Both the position numbers and the translations under genes were made by a program. A stretch of DNA of 64,000 nt, taken from the IMG/VR virus record IMGVR_UViG_3300020714_000006. One strand, written 5' to 3'. Position 1 is the first letter of the stretch. Each line of letters starts with the position of its first letter. This document shows, piece after piece, positions 1-9,832 of the stretch. Below the pieces are notes generated by a model that saw only the letters and a program-made list of their open reading frames with translations, was not told where the DNA came from and made no database searches. This DNA is from a virus. Taxonomy: Duplodnaviria > Heunggongvirae > Uroviricota > Caudoviricetes.

Positions 1-440
1 CACTACCAGGGACAACTGTGTTTCCAGGTAATAATTACGGACAGTTTCAAACACCGCCCGCACAAAATACATATGTAACAGAGATAACACCAATTGTTAT
101 ATTTTCAGGAACAAATAATTTAGTTGAAACCATGAAAGCAACTATTCAAGTTCAAGCAGATGGGGTTGATGTAGGAAATGTTTTTACATATCATTCGCAA
201 ATTTGTGAAATATTAGTTGTTCGTAAAAGAATATATGATGCAAACATTGATTCTACGTCTTATGCAGTTGAGGCAATGGTATATGGTGTGATTCATACTT
301 CAACAAATCAATTAGCAACATTTGATGCACACTGGAATCCAACAACAAACAAGATTGAAATTACTATGACTCGCGATCCATCTTATATTGGAGTTAATGC
401 AAGAGTAATTGCAATAGAATCAGTTAATTTAGCACCTTAA
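1..440 (+). CDS. 3' part of a probable virion protein (frame open to window edge)
   Basis: Frame is open upstream of the GTG at 18; Thr/Val/Ile-rich; next gene has an SD. Confidence 0.5.
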   Translation, partial: LPGTTVFPGNNYGQFQTPPAQNTYVTEITPIVIFSGTNNLVETMKATIQVQADGVDVGNVFTYHSQICEILVVRKRIYDANIDSTSYAVEAMVYGVIHTSTNQLATFDAHWNPTTNKIEITMTRDPSYIGVNARVIAIESVNLAP

Positions 441-450
441 GGAAATAAAA

Positions 451-663
451 ATGGCAATTAAACCGTTCGCAATACAAGGCGCCGACCTAATACTAGGTGG
501 CGTAAATTTACAAGCAGGTACAACTGGTGTTGTTATTCCTGGCATTACTCAAGCAACTAGCTATAAAGTAGAAGAAGTTAATACTGTCTGTGTCAAACAT
601 AAAATTACCGTTGTAAGGTTGACTTGCTATTTGACTTTCACTATAAAAGAAACTGAATCCTAA
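451..663 (+). pseudogene. Truncated structural-type gene (plausible only to about 585)
   Basis: SD AAGGA plus MAIKPFAIQG start; after KVEEVN it reads through the antisense of the QueC-like ORF. Confidence 0.5.
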
Positions 664-855
664 TTGTTCAAGTTCCGTTAACACTTGTTTTACTATGATA
701 GATTCTGCCTTATCTCTATGTTCTATATTTTGGTTGTGAATATGATGTATATGTAGGTTATATTGTTTGTATTCAGATTCTGTTAATAATTTGTAAATCA
801 TACCAAGACTATCTAGTCCGCCTGAGTACATGGCTAAGATTGTTTGTTGTTCCAT
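508..855 (-). pseudogene. Truncated QueC-like PP-loop ATP pyrophosphatase
   Basis: N-terminal MYSGGLDS PP-loop; only about 95 plausible residues before it runs into the opposite gene. Confidence 0.6.
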
Positions 856-1292
856 ATATAAAATGTATAAACCTCATTAATAGGATGTTCAAATGGGAAA
901 GGTGTTAGTTCTTCTGCTTTGGGAAAATACACAGCATATTTTGTTGACCAATTTGGGTTAAGAAAAGACCGAGATATAAACCGATCACAGTTAGGTAATA
1001 TTACACTTAGGAGGTTTTCTGTAAATTCTTTTCCAAATGATAACCCACCATCTATAATAATAGTATCCCAATGATTGTTTAATTCAAACCAATCTTTATT
1101 CTGTATTTTAGGATCTGTATACTTTGGTTATAAATCCCATGCTTCTGTTGCAAGTGGTAATAATAAATGTGTACTGCCAAGTAATAAAACGCTACCTATG
1201 CAATATTGTTCAAATACGCGATAATCAGTTTCATCAGGAGCTGCTGGCCATTTTAATGATGTCCAAAATTCTTTATCGGTATGTATGCTCAT
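834..1292 (-). pseudogene. 152-codon gene with an internal TAA (weakly methyltransferase-like)
   Basis: MSIHTDKEFW...EAWDL*PKYTDPK...WDTIIIDGGL...NNKQS*; frame stays open about 97 codons after TAA 1130-1128 and overlaps the QueC-like start. Confidence 0.65.
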
Positions 1293-1297
1293 AACGA

Positions 1298-1312
1298 TAT
1301 TTAGGCTAAATA
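1298..1312. promoter_or_regulatory. Back-to-back late promoter boxes (CTAAATA on both strands)
   Basis: tatttag-g-ctaaata between divergent genes; resembles T4 late TATAAATA. Confidence 0.55.
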
Positions 1313-1347
1313 TAGGAACAACATAAAAAAAGAGAGTAATACAAATT

Positions 1348-3657
1348 ATGACAACAATATTATGGACAGAAAATACTGGATATTCTTTAGGAACATTACC
1401 AGAAAGAGCTGCTGTCACAATACAATTACCAGTACCATCTACACCAATTGGTGTTTTATATTCTGTTATATCAGGTGAACTGCCTCCTGGATTGGAGTTA
1501 ATTGGACATACAATAACTGGAAATCCATTCATAGTTGCAACGGCTACTACATTTTCATTTTGTATTAGAGCTACGTATAATAATGAAATATCCGATAGAA
1601 CATTTTTTATTACTATTACTGGCGCAAATCCACCAGAATTTGTAATTCAAGATGCTAATTTAGATATAGGACCAGTTCATCAGTTTTTTGCAATTGATAA
1701 GACATATATTGAATACAAATTAGAAGCTACTGAATTAATACCATCCTTACGCCCAAATTTAACATTTATAATTATTGATGGAATACTACCACCTGGATTA
1801 ACATTAAGTAAAAATGGTGTAATATCAGGAATTGTTGATGAATTGACCGCAATTCCACCAGATAATGCACAAGGAATTTATACTTTTACAGTATCAGTTA
1901 CGGATGGGTTCTTATATACAAATAAACAATATACTATTTATATAGTTGGTCCATCATACTTATCAGCTGATAATATATCAATATTGGATGGTAATCATTT
2001 ATTTACAGCAGATGTAACATCATCACGCCCAATACAGTGGGTAACTTCAGGCAACTTAGGAACATATAAATCAAATAATTATATAACAATCCCTATTGAA
2101 TTAATTGATAATACCAATGTACTATTTAGTATTGATAATAATGATTTATTACTTCTTTCAGAAATTGGACTTAATTTTGATCGGGTAAACGCTACATTAT
2201 ATGGAAATGTACCCTATCAAGAATTTCGTATATACAATTTTACAATAACAGCGACTAGATATAATTACTATACTGGTGAATCATTATCATCTTCTAAAAT
2301 ATTTACACTAGAAATTGCTGGTATAAATAATTATATAACTTGGGATAGTGTTTCAGAATCTGGTGCAGTATTAGTAGCTAAATTAGGATATGAAAATTCT
2401 CATGGATTACCACAACAAGATCAAGTTGCTTCTATAATAATAATGGATGGTGGTTCTGGATATAACATAACACCAAATATAACACTGATTCCAACTGATG
2501 GCGGAACTGATGCATTAGCTTATTGTACTATCAAAAATGGAAGTATATATAGTGTTGATGTCATATACCCAGGTTCAGGATATATTACCCCACCAAACAT
2601 AAACTTATCACATTCTTTGGGTACTATTGATGTTATACAACCATCAACATTATTTGTTTCTGCAACTAGTTCTGTAAAAAATTCAATATTAGAATATTCA
2701 ATAGTTGGTGGTGTATTGCCACCTGGTTTGGCAATGACTGCCGATGGAGAAATAACAGGTAAAGTTGATAAAAATAAACTAACTAGATTTCAAGGAACTC
2801 CATTTGATAATAATGTAACAATTTTTGATAATACAACAACAACGTTTGATGATGTCTTTACATTTACAGTGAAAGCATATAATCAATATGGGGTTAGTTT
2901 TCAATCATTCTCTATAACGATTGATTCTAGAAATATAACAGATTACAGTAATATTATAGTTAAACCAATGCTAATTAGTAAACAACGAGCGGAGTGGAAC
3001 GATTTTATAAATAATACAACAATATTTCCATTAAGCAGTTTATATAGACTTAATGATAATAATTTTGGATTAAATATAGATTTAGAAATGCTAATATTTG
3101 CTGGTATAGAAACCTCTACTATTGAATCTTACGTAAATGCGGCATTATTAAATAATAAGAAAAAAAGATTTTTATTTAATAATATTAAAACATCAATCGC
3201 AATAGATCCAGTGTCAAATCTAGAAATATATGAAGTAGTATATATAGAAATGATTGATCAAGAAGAATTAAATAACAAATATTTACCAAAAAGTTTTAAT
3301 TACAACGGCGTTACCTATAATTCTAATAATGTTGAAAGTTGGCAATTAAATATATCCGAAGCAATAAATTCACATGGACAACAATTAACTAATAACCAAG
3401 AACTATTGACATTATGGATGAGAACATTAACTAAAATGCAAATCCCTGGTTTTGTATTGGGAATACCATTATGTTATTGTAAGGTAGGCACTGCGGCAAG
3501 CATTGTGCTAAATATAAATAATTATATTAATAACAAATCCAACAATTTTAATTTTAATAATATAGATTACACCGTAGATAGATATATTATTGATTCCGTA
3601 TACAATCAAACAGGACCTCAATATATAATTTTTAATAATAATAGGACAACAGTATGA
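1348..3657 (+). CDS. Virion protein with repeated Ig-like (He_PIG-type) domains
   Basis: Three G-x-LPPGL motifs followed by FTFTV-type strands; GGSGY/PGSGY and FDN repeats. Confidence 0.7.
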   Translation: MTTILWTENTGYSLGTLPERAAVTIQLPVPSTPIGVLYSVISGELPPGLELIGHTITGNPFIVATATTFSFCIRATYNNEISDRTFFITITGANPPEFVIQDANLDIGPVHQFFAIDKTYIEYKLEATELIPSLRPNLTFIIIDGILPPGLTLSKNGVISGIVDELTAIPPDNAQGIYTFTVSVTDGFLYTNKQYTIYIVGPSYLSADNISILDGNHLFTADVTSSRPIQWVTSGNLGTYKSNNYITIPIELIDNTNVLFSIDNNDLLLLSEIGLNFDRVNATLYGNVPYQEFRIYNFTITATRYNYYTGESLSSSKIFTLEIAGINNYITWDSVSESGAVLVAKLGYENSHGLPQQDQVASIIIMDGGSGYNITPNITLIPTDGGTDALAYCTIKNGSIYSVDVIYPGSGYITPPNINLSHSLGTIDVIQPSTLFVSATSSVKNSILEYSIVGGVLPPGLAMTADGEITGKVDKNKLTRFQGTPFDNNVTIFDNTTTTFDDVFTFTVKAYNQYGVSFQSFSITIDSRNITDYSNIIVKPMLISKQRAEWNDFINNTTIFPLSSLYRLNDNNFGLNIDLEMLIFAGIETSTIESYVNAALLNNKKKRFLFNNIKTSIAIDPVSNLEIYEVVYIEMIDQEELNNKYLPKSFNYNGVTYNSNNVESWQLNISEAINSHGQQLTNNQELLTLWMRTLTKMQIPGFVLGIPLCYCKVGTAASIVLNINNYINNKSNNFNFNNIDYTVDRYIIDSVYNQTGPQYIIFNNNRTTV

Positions 3658-4100
3658 GTAGTAACATAAATTATACATCAATAGATGAAACATATCCAAT
3701 AGCGGGGACTAATAATAATACACAAGGATTTCGTGATAACTTTACTGCGATAAAAAACGGATTGGCAGAAGCATCTGCTGAAATATCTACATTACAAATA
3801 GAAATTACTAATATAAGTGGTGGTGTAGGTTCAGCTGGGGCATCTGCTACAACTATTGCATCAAGTAGCACAATTGCTCCAACTAACTCTATTACATTTA
3901 TATCTGGAACAAATGCAATTGATACTATTACGGTTCCTAGTCCAATTTCATTAGGTGGTGGATATATTACCTTAATACCAACTGCTGCATTTACTACAAC
4001 AACAGCTGGTAACATTGCACTAGCATCAACTGCCGTTGCATATAAAGCATTAACAATGTTTTATGATGCTGGAACTACCAAATGGTATCCATCTTATTAA
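3654..4100 (+). CDS. Probable virion protein
   Basis: ATGA overlap; QGFRDNF plus coiled N-terminus; Thr/Ala-rich C-terminus. Confidence 0.65.
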   Translation: MSSNINYTSIDETYPIAGTNNNTQGFRDNFTAIKNGLAEASAEISTLQIEITNISGGVGSAGASATTIASSSTIAPTNSITFISGTNAIDTITVPSPISLGGGYITLIPTAAFTTTTAGNIALASTAVAYKALTMFYDAGTTKWYPSY

Positions 4101-4108
4101 GGAAAATT

Positions 4109-4339
4109 ATGCATCCATTAGTTAATAATTTAGATACATTTAAAACAGTTGAAATAGAAGCAAAAATTGCAGAATTATCTAAAAAATATTTCTTGACAAA
4201 TAATCCAGACTTGCAATTTCAAATTGGTAGTGTATTAGAATCATATAAAGCAGAATTGCAACAACGAAGAAGTGATGATTGGAAAAAAGCACAAGAAAAT
4301 CGTGATAAAGGACTTGACAAACTCATCAAAATAGATTAA
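4109..4339 (+). CDS. Hypothetical protein
   Basis: SD AAGGA before ATG 4109. Confidence 0.65.
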   Translation: MHPLVNNLDTFKTVEIEAKIAELSKKYFLTNNPDLQFQIGSVLESYKAELQQRRSDDWKKAQENRDKGLDKLIKID

Positions 4340-4342
4340 AAT
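4314..4342 (+). promoter_or_regulatory. sigma70-type early promoter
   Basis: TTGACA-N17-TAAAAT. Confidence 0.65.
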
Positions 4343-4348
4343 ATAGGA

Positions 4349-4849
4349 ATGAAATTAGATAAATTTGGAAACCCTATATTCAATGAAACAGATGTATTTA
4401 ACTTGTTATATCAAGAAAATACATCTGTCCTACCACAAATAACTGTTGATTATAACAGTGAATTAGCACAATTAGCAAATATTGCTGAAATACAATTTAA
4501 AAATATAGAAAATGATTCTCCTATTGCAGAATGGGATAAACTTAGGCAAAAAACATGGTTCATACCAGATGAATACATATCATTTGATATACAAGCATAC
4601 TGTATTGCCAAATGTATCACAATAGATGAACAAACCCGTGTATTTGAAGAATATAATGAATTTGAAAGATTACATATGATTGATTTATTAAGATGGTGCA
4701 AATATTTTGTTGATACATGTACTAATAATGATATATTATGGGGTGTTGGACGAGGTAGTTCTGTTGCATCATATATATTATACTTAATTGGTGTTCATAG
4801 AATTAACAGTATTAAATATAATTTAGATTGGAAAGAATTTCTAAGATAA
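4349..4849 (+). CDS. DNA polymerase III alpha (DnaE)-like fragment
   Basis: WGVGRGSSVASYILYLIGVHRINSIKYNL matches the DnaE G-x-GRGS-x-A-x-S-x-V-x-Y-x-LGI motif; only 166 aa. Confidence 0.8.
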   Translation: MKLDKFGNPIFNETDVFNLLYQENTSVLPQITVDYNSELAQLANIAEIQFKNIENDSPIAEWDKLRQKTWFIPDEYISFDIQAYCIAKCITIDEQTRVFEEYNEFERLHMIDLLRWCKYFVDTCTNNDILWGVGRGSSVASYILYLIGVHRINSIKYNLDWKEFLR

Positions 4850-4870
4850 CTACATAAAAGGAGATTAAAC

Positions 4871-5170
4871 ATGACAATATACAGAACCTCACAAGGTAAA
4901 CAAATCGATTTAAACAAGTTGATTAACCAAAATGAATTAACATTAGCAGTTGGGAATAAAAAAGTTAATGCACGCGGCGATTTAATTGGGCCTGGTGGAA
5001 CAATAATTAAGAAAAATGAAGATACTACAAATGGTGTGGTTATACCAGATCAAATAAGAGCTAAACCACCGGTAGAAATGGAAGAACAGCCAATTGTGGA
5101 AGAACAAACAATACCAACTAAAGCTAAATCAAAAAATATAAAAGGAATGGACCCAGAAGGTAACGAATGA
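4871..5170 (+). CDS. Hypothetical protein
   Basis: SD AGGAG; VNARGDLIGPGG motif. Confidence 0.7.
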   Translation: MTIYRTSQGKQIDLNKLINQNELTLAVGNKKVNARGDLIGPGGTIIKKNEDTTNGVVIPDQIRAKPPVEMEEQPIVEEQTIPTKAKSKNIKGMDPEGNE

Positions 5171-5556
5171 ATGTAATAAAATGTAATACAGTAACACCGT
5201 TGCATGATGGTGTTATTGTAAGTAATATGAACTTTGACATTCAACAAACTGATAGTGGTATTATAGTTACTAGCGATGATGGTAAAAGTGAAGGTATAAA
5301 ACCCAGATGGGCTAAGGTATATTCGGTTGGTAAAGCCCAAACAACTATAAAAGCTGGTGATTGGATACTAATAGAACATGGTAGATGGACTAGAAGCTTA
5401 AAAGTTCAAGATTCATCTGGATCAATAGTTGAACTTAGGAGAGTAGAAGTAAAATCTATCATTATGATTAATGACGTCTGCCCAAAAGATGTTTATCTAG
5501 GTAAATCCAATAAATCAACAACACAAACTTTTGATTTTTCCAACCCAATGTTTTAA
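5167..5556 (+). CDS. groES: GroES-like co-chaperonin
   Basis: PLHDGVIV...TDSGII...AKVYSVG...IKAGDWILI follows the Cpn10 pattern. Confidence 0.8.
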   Translation: MNVIKCNTVTPLHDGVIVSNMNFDIQQTDSGIIVTSDDGKSEGIKPRWAKVYSVGKAQTTIKAGDWILIEHGRWTRSLKVQDSSGSIVELRRVEVKSIIMINDVCPKDVYLGKSNKSTTQTFDFSNPMF

Positions 5557-5557
5557 T

Positions 5558-6493
5558 ATGAAAAATATAACATTTTTTATGGAACCAGATTGGGCATTTG
5601 GCTCAATACACTACGAATTGTCCAAATATTTATGGACAGAAGGGTATAATTGTTCATTATTGCCTTGGAATAGGTCTTATACATATGAAGAATTTCAGGA
5701 ATTGAATAATCATAACGATTTATGGGTTACTAATCAACATGGGTATAGATTTTTAAAAGGCTGTTATAACATTGACCCGCAAAAGTGTGTAGTAATAGCA
5801 CATGCCAAACTTGACATTGATGAATTAATACAGTATAATGGTATTGATGAATACTCACAGTTTCGCAGATATGGGGTAGTTAGTAATTTCTTAAAAGATT
5901 ACAGCGCGGATGTTGGTATTTCTAGGATTCCAGAAATTTGTCCTTTGGGTATAAATTACCACACATTTAAAAATAAACCAAATAGTTCACTACGAACTAT
6001 TGGATATGCTGGTGCGTATCAAGAACGTGATGCATTGCAAGAACATCCATCAGATAGTTGGGTAGTACAGCTGAAAAATTTAAAACGTGGATATTTAGTA
6101 AAAGAATGTGCCGAAAAAGCTGGGTTAGAATTTAAAATAGCACAACACTATCATAATAGCTTTGTCACAATGAGTGGATTTTATAATTCAGTAGATTGTA
6201 TTATAACCCCAAGTATGAATGAAGGTGCAGGATTGCCAGTATTAGAAGCAGGTGCAGCTGGCAAATTAGTAATAGGAACTCCAGTTGGCCATTGGCATGA
6301 ACTGATTGGTAATAAAGGTGGCATTGAAGTTCCATTCCAAGAAGATGAATTTATTGAAAAAACAGTAGAAATATTAACATATTATAAGAATAATCCTACT
6401 GAATATTATAATAGATGTTTACAAATACAAGAACACGCAAAAACTTATGATTGGTCCAATGTTATACAATATTGGGTCAATCTTTTACAATAA
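5558..6493 (+). CDS. GT-B (GT4-like) glycosyltransferase
   Basis: PSMNEGAGLPVLEAGAAGKLVIGTPVG (E-x7-E motif). Confidence 0.85.
   Translation: MKNITFFMEPDWAFGSIHYELSKYLWTEGYNCSLLPWNRSYTYEEFQELNNHNDLWVTNQHGYRFLKGCYNIDPQKCVVIAHAKLDIDELIQYNGIDEYSQFRRYGVVSNFLKDYSADVGISRIPEICPLGINYHTFKNKPNSSLRTIGYAGAYQERDALQEHPSDSWVVQLKNLKRGYLVKECAEKAGLEFKIAQHYHNSFVTMSGFYNSVDCIITPSMNEGAGLPVLEAGAAGKLVIGTPVGHWHELIGNKGGIEVPFQEDEFIEKTVEILTYYKNNPTEYYNRCLQIQEHAKTYDWSNVIQYWVNLLQ
5811..5839 (+). promoter_or_regulatory. Consensus sigma70 promoter inside the glycosyltransferase gene
   Basis: TTGACA-N17-TATAAT. Confidence 0.5.
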
Positions 6494-6512
6494 TCAAAAC
6501 TAAGGCAATGGA

Positions 6513-7151
6513 ATGGCAGCAAAAGAATTATGGGTTGATAAGTATAGACCAAAAACATTAGATGGATATGTTTTCAGGGATTCTTTTCAAAAACAACAAA
6601 TTGAAAAATGGATCACAGAAGGCTCAATACCACATTTATTATTAAGTGGTGGGGCTGGGGTTGGTAAAACAACTCTTGCTTACATTTTATTTGAAAAATT
6701 AAATATACACCCACTTGATATAAAAGAATTAAATGCTTCGCGCAATAATTCTGTTGATGACATAAGAGATACAGTAGTAAACTTTACACAAATGATACCA
6801 TTTGGTGAATTTAAGGTTGTATTACTTGATGAATGTCTTGATGAAAATACACCAGTTTCTATTTTACGTAATAACAATCAATTACTTATTCCTATTAAAA
6901 ATTTAAACGATGAAACTGATTTAGTAAAATCTTACAATGTAGAAAATAATAGAATAGAATGGAAACAATTTAAACTGTTTAATAAAGGAATTCAAGAAAC
7001 TCTTGAAATAGAATTTGAAAACAATGAAGTTGTTATATGTACACCGGACCATAAATGGTATGTCGAAGATGAAAATGGTTTGAGTATTGTGATAAAAGCA
7101 TCAGAATTAGAAAAATATGGACATATTTTAACTCCAATTATTTGTTATTAA
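6513..7151 (+). CDS. Clamp loader (gp44/RFC-small-like) N-extein plus split-intein N-part
   Basis: WVDKYRP, Walker A GGAGVGKT, ELNAS, VLLDE, then intein block A CLDENT (Cys at 6834) and block B CTPDH. Confidence 0.92.
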   Translation: MAAKELWVDKYRPKTLDGYVFRDSFQKQQIEKWITEGSIPHLLLSGGAGVGKTTLAYILFEKLNIHPLDIKELNASRNNSVDDIRDTVVNFTQMIPFGEFKVVLLDECLDENTPVSILRNNNQLLIPIKNLNDETDLVKSYNVENNRIEWKQFKLFNKGIQETLEIEFENNEVVICTPDHKWYVEDENGLSIVIKASELEKYGHILTPIICY

Positions 7152-7164
7152 TACCATTTCATAA

Positions 7165-7172
7165 TATAAATA
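7165..7172 (+). promoter_or_regulatory. T4-type late promoter
   Basis: TATAAATA followed by AAGGAG before ATG 7201. Confidence 0.7.
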
Positions 7173-7200
7173 CTTATATATTCATACACAAGGAGAAATT

Positions 7201-8142
7201 ATGGGTGGTAATACATATAATAGAAAAAATATTAGTGATACTGATTTAATACCCCTAGTCGAGACGGCAATAAATAATCCATTAAAATCAATATTTTCTG
7301 ATAGAGAATTTGAAACTACAAAACAATGGAGGGCAAATGTAGCTCGATATTTAGATGCTGACAGTAGCAACCGATTTTATTTTTTACTAGAAACTACAAT
7401 TAACAAATCATATTGTGCATATTGTAATACTGAATTGACTATACATGAATATAATTTCATACGTGGATTTTCTAAATTTTGTTTAGATTGTAAATCAAAT
7501 GGGATATATCATACTAGTGCATATTTAGGTAAAGACAAATTGCAAGAACGTGGTAAATTAATAACTGAAAAAAAATTAATATTTTATAAAACTGATAAAG
7601 GGCGGGAAACTGCAAAGGTAATTGGTGCTAAAAATTCAATAGCAATGACAGCATACCATAAAACAGAACAGGGTATTATTAGTAAAGAATTGACTAAAAT
7701 TAAACAAAGTAATATAATGAAGGAAAAAATATTATCTGGTAAGTTTACTCCAAATTCAAATAATAGAAATACACATTGGAATTCTTTTTTTAATAATAAA
7801 CCGTACCGTTCATCATGGGAAGCACTTTATCAATATTTTAATCCAGCTGACGAGCATGAATCTCTTAGGATTACATATAGATATAATAATACTGAATATG
7901 TATATATTGTTGATTTTATAAACTATGATACTAAAATAGCAACAGAAGTTAAACCAAAAGAATTATGTAATACTGAAAAATTTATTGCAAAATTTAATGC
8001 ATTATCAAACTGGGGGCTAATTAATGGTTTTACTATTAGAATAGCCGATTTAGATTTTTTAAAATCGCAAGGAATACCAGATAATTTAGAATTATTTGAT
8101 CAATCTACTCAACGAAAGATACGTAAATTATATAATATATGA
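7201..8142 (+). CDS. Free-standing PD-(D/E)xK (TnsA-like) homing endonuclease between the intein halves
   Basis: YRSSWE...YIVDF...EVKP; CxxC pairs; basic repeats. Confidence 0.75.
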   Translation: MGGNTYNRKNISDTDLIPLVETAINNPLKSIFSDREFETTKQWRANVARYLDADSSNRFYFLLETTINKSYCAYCNTELTIHEYNFIRGFSKFCLDCKSNGIYHTSAYLGKDKLQERGKLITEKKLIFYKTDKGRETAKVIGAKNSIAMTAYHKTEQGIISKELTKIKQSNIMKEKILSGKFTPNSNNRNTHWNSFFNNKPYRSSWEALYQYFNPADEHESLRITYRYNNTEYVYIVDFINYDTKIATEVKPKELCNTEKFIAKFNALSNWGLINGFTIRIADLDFLKSQGIPDNLELFDQSTQRKIRKLYNI

Positions 8143-8852
8143 AAAAACTTAAAATTAAATCAATTAAACAATGCGAAAACAAGCAAGTATATGATTTATC
8201 AGTAAATGATAATCATAATTTTTTTATAACTGATGCTGAAATATTAACACACAATTGTGATTACTTGTCATTAAATGCGCAAGCATTATTACGTGGAGTT
8301 ATGGAGGATAATCCAATTGTTAGGTTTATCCTTACTTGTAATTATCCAAATAGAATTATTCCAGCTATTCATAGTAGATGTCAAGGATTTCATGTAGAAA
8401 AAGTTGACCAAAATGAGTTTACTGCCAGAGTAGCAACTATTCTTTTATCAGAAGATATTAATTTTGAATTAGATGTACTTGATACATTAGTAAAAGCAAC
8501 ATATCCTGATTTACGAAAATGTATTAACTTAGTTGAATTGAATAGTTTGAATGGTGAGTTACATACGTTAAACACTGGTGACACCAATGTTGCTGATTAT
8601 AAAATTGAAATGGTACAACTATTTAAATCTGGTAAAATATCTGAAGCACGCAAATTGATATGCAGCCAAGCAAGGCCAGATGAAATGGAAGATATATATC
8701 GGTGGTTATACGATAATGTTGAATTATTTGGCAACGAAAGACAACAAGATGATGCTATATTGGTTATTAAACAAGGTCTTGTAGATCACACAATTTGCGC
8801 CGATAGCGAAATTAACCTTTCCGCTGTTCTTGTAAAACTTAGCCGCCTTTAA
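8139..8852 (+). CDS. Split-intein C-part (39 aa) plus clamp loader C-extein
   Basis: VYDLSV...HNFF...ILTHN|CDYLS; then AQALLRG, FILTCN, SRC motif, PDLRKCIN. Confidence 0.92.
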   Translation: MKKLKIKSIKQCENKQVYDLSVNDNHNFFITDAEILTHNCDYLSLNAQALLRGVMEDNPIVRFILTCNYPNRIIPAIHSRCQGFHVEKVDQNEFTARVATILLSEDINFELDVLDTLVKATYPDLRKCINLVELNSLNGELHTLNTGDTNVADYKIEMVQLFKSGKISEARKLICSQARPDEMEDIYRWLYDNVELFGNERQQDDAILVIKQGLVDHTICADSEINLSAVLVKLSRL

Positions 8853-8905
8853 AAGTAATCTGCTATTATTGTATGTTTGACTAAATAACATAAGGAGATA
8901 AACTT

Positions 8906-9688
8906 ATGTTATGTCAATATGGATGTGGGAATACTGGATTATTTCAGTTCAAAAATAAAAAATGGTGTTGTTCTAATAGGTTTGATAGATGCCCTGCTAT
9001 TATTCAAAAACGAGTAGAGACAAGACGAACCAATGGGTGGAAACATTCCGAAGAATCAAAAGCAAAAATTGGATCAAAATCTCGTGGTAGAATCCTAACC
9101 GAAGAATGGAAACAAAAGATTGGTTCCTCACAAAAAGGAAAATCTAAAGGCCCTAAGTCTGAAAAAAGTAAAAGAAAACAATCTGAGGCAATGAAGGGGA
9201 AACCTGCTTGGAATACAGGACTTACTTCTAAAGATCCTAGAGTAGCATCATACGCTATTAAACAAACAGGGCAAAAGAGAGAAGGTAATTACATATCACC
9301 TACTAAATGGCAAGGAGAAGGAAATCCTTGGTTTGGAAAAAACCGAAGCAAAGAAAATAGTCCTAGATATAATGGTGAAGAGTATAACAGAGCACTTCAA
9401 GATTATAGAAATAAAGTAAGTTGGTTAACAGAACAAACTTACATAAAGTATATCAATATTATTAATCCAGACAATAAACCTAGAACGTTAGCAGGAGTAG
9501 AAAATGGATTTCATTTAGATCATATATATCCTGTATCTAAAGGATTTGATAATAGTGTTCCTCCAGAACTAATGGCAAGTATTGATAATTTAAGACTAAT
9601 GGATTGGAAAGAAAATGTTATTAAGAGTAATATTATCACAGAAGAACTAATTCCAGAATTAATAAAAGAGTATCTAATTACCCTATGA
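8906..9688 (+). CDS. HNH homing endonuclease with NUMOD3-like repeats
   Basis: KHSEESKAKI, PAWNTG, FHLDHIYP...NLRLM...N; CTAAATA plus SD upstream. Confidence 0.8.
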   Translation: MLCQYGCGNTGLFQFKNKKWCCSNRFDRCPAIIQKRVETRRTNGWKHSEESKAKIGSKSRGRILTEEWKQKIGSSQKGKSKGPKSEKSKRKQSEAMKGKPAWNTGLTSKDPRVASYAIKQTGQKREGNYISPTKWQGEGNPWFGKNRSKENSPRYNGEEYNRALQDYRNKVSWLTEQTYIKYINIINPDNKPRTLAGVENGFHLDHIYPVSKGFDNSVPPELMASIDNLRLMDWKENVIKSNIITEELIPELIKEYLITL

Positions 9689-9767
9689 TTAATGCTCATA
9701 AAATTAGCGTTATGTAAAACAGGTAAAATACTTTTCTATTGTCATACCTTAGAAAAGAAAATATATA

Positions 9768-9807
9768 TTGATTGGGATACTATTAACCTATATGGTATCC
9801 CAATCAA
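9768..9807. terminator. Hairpin between convergent genes
   Basis: 13-bp inverted repeat ttgattgggatac/gtatcccaatcaa. Confidence 0.55.
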
Positions 9808-9832
9808 CTGCAATTCTTAAATAAAAAGCATA

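Noticed and set aside
1128-1130. Stop-codon reassignment
   Set aside because: TAA, TAG and TGA all end well-formed genes and long ORFs are intact in code 11.
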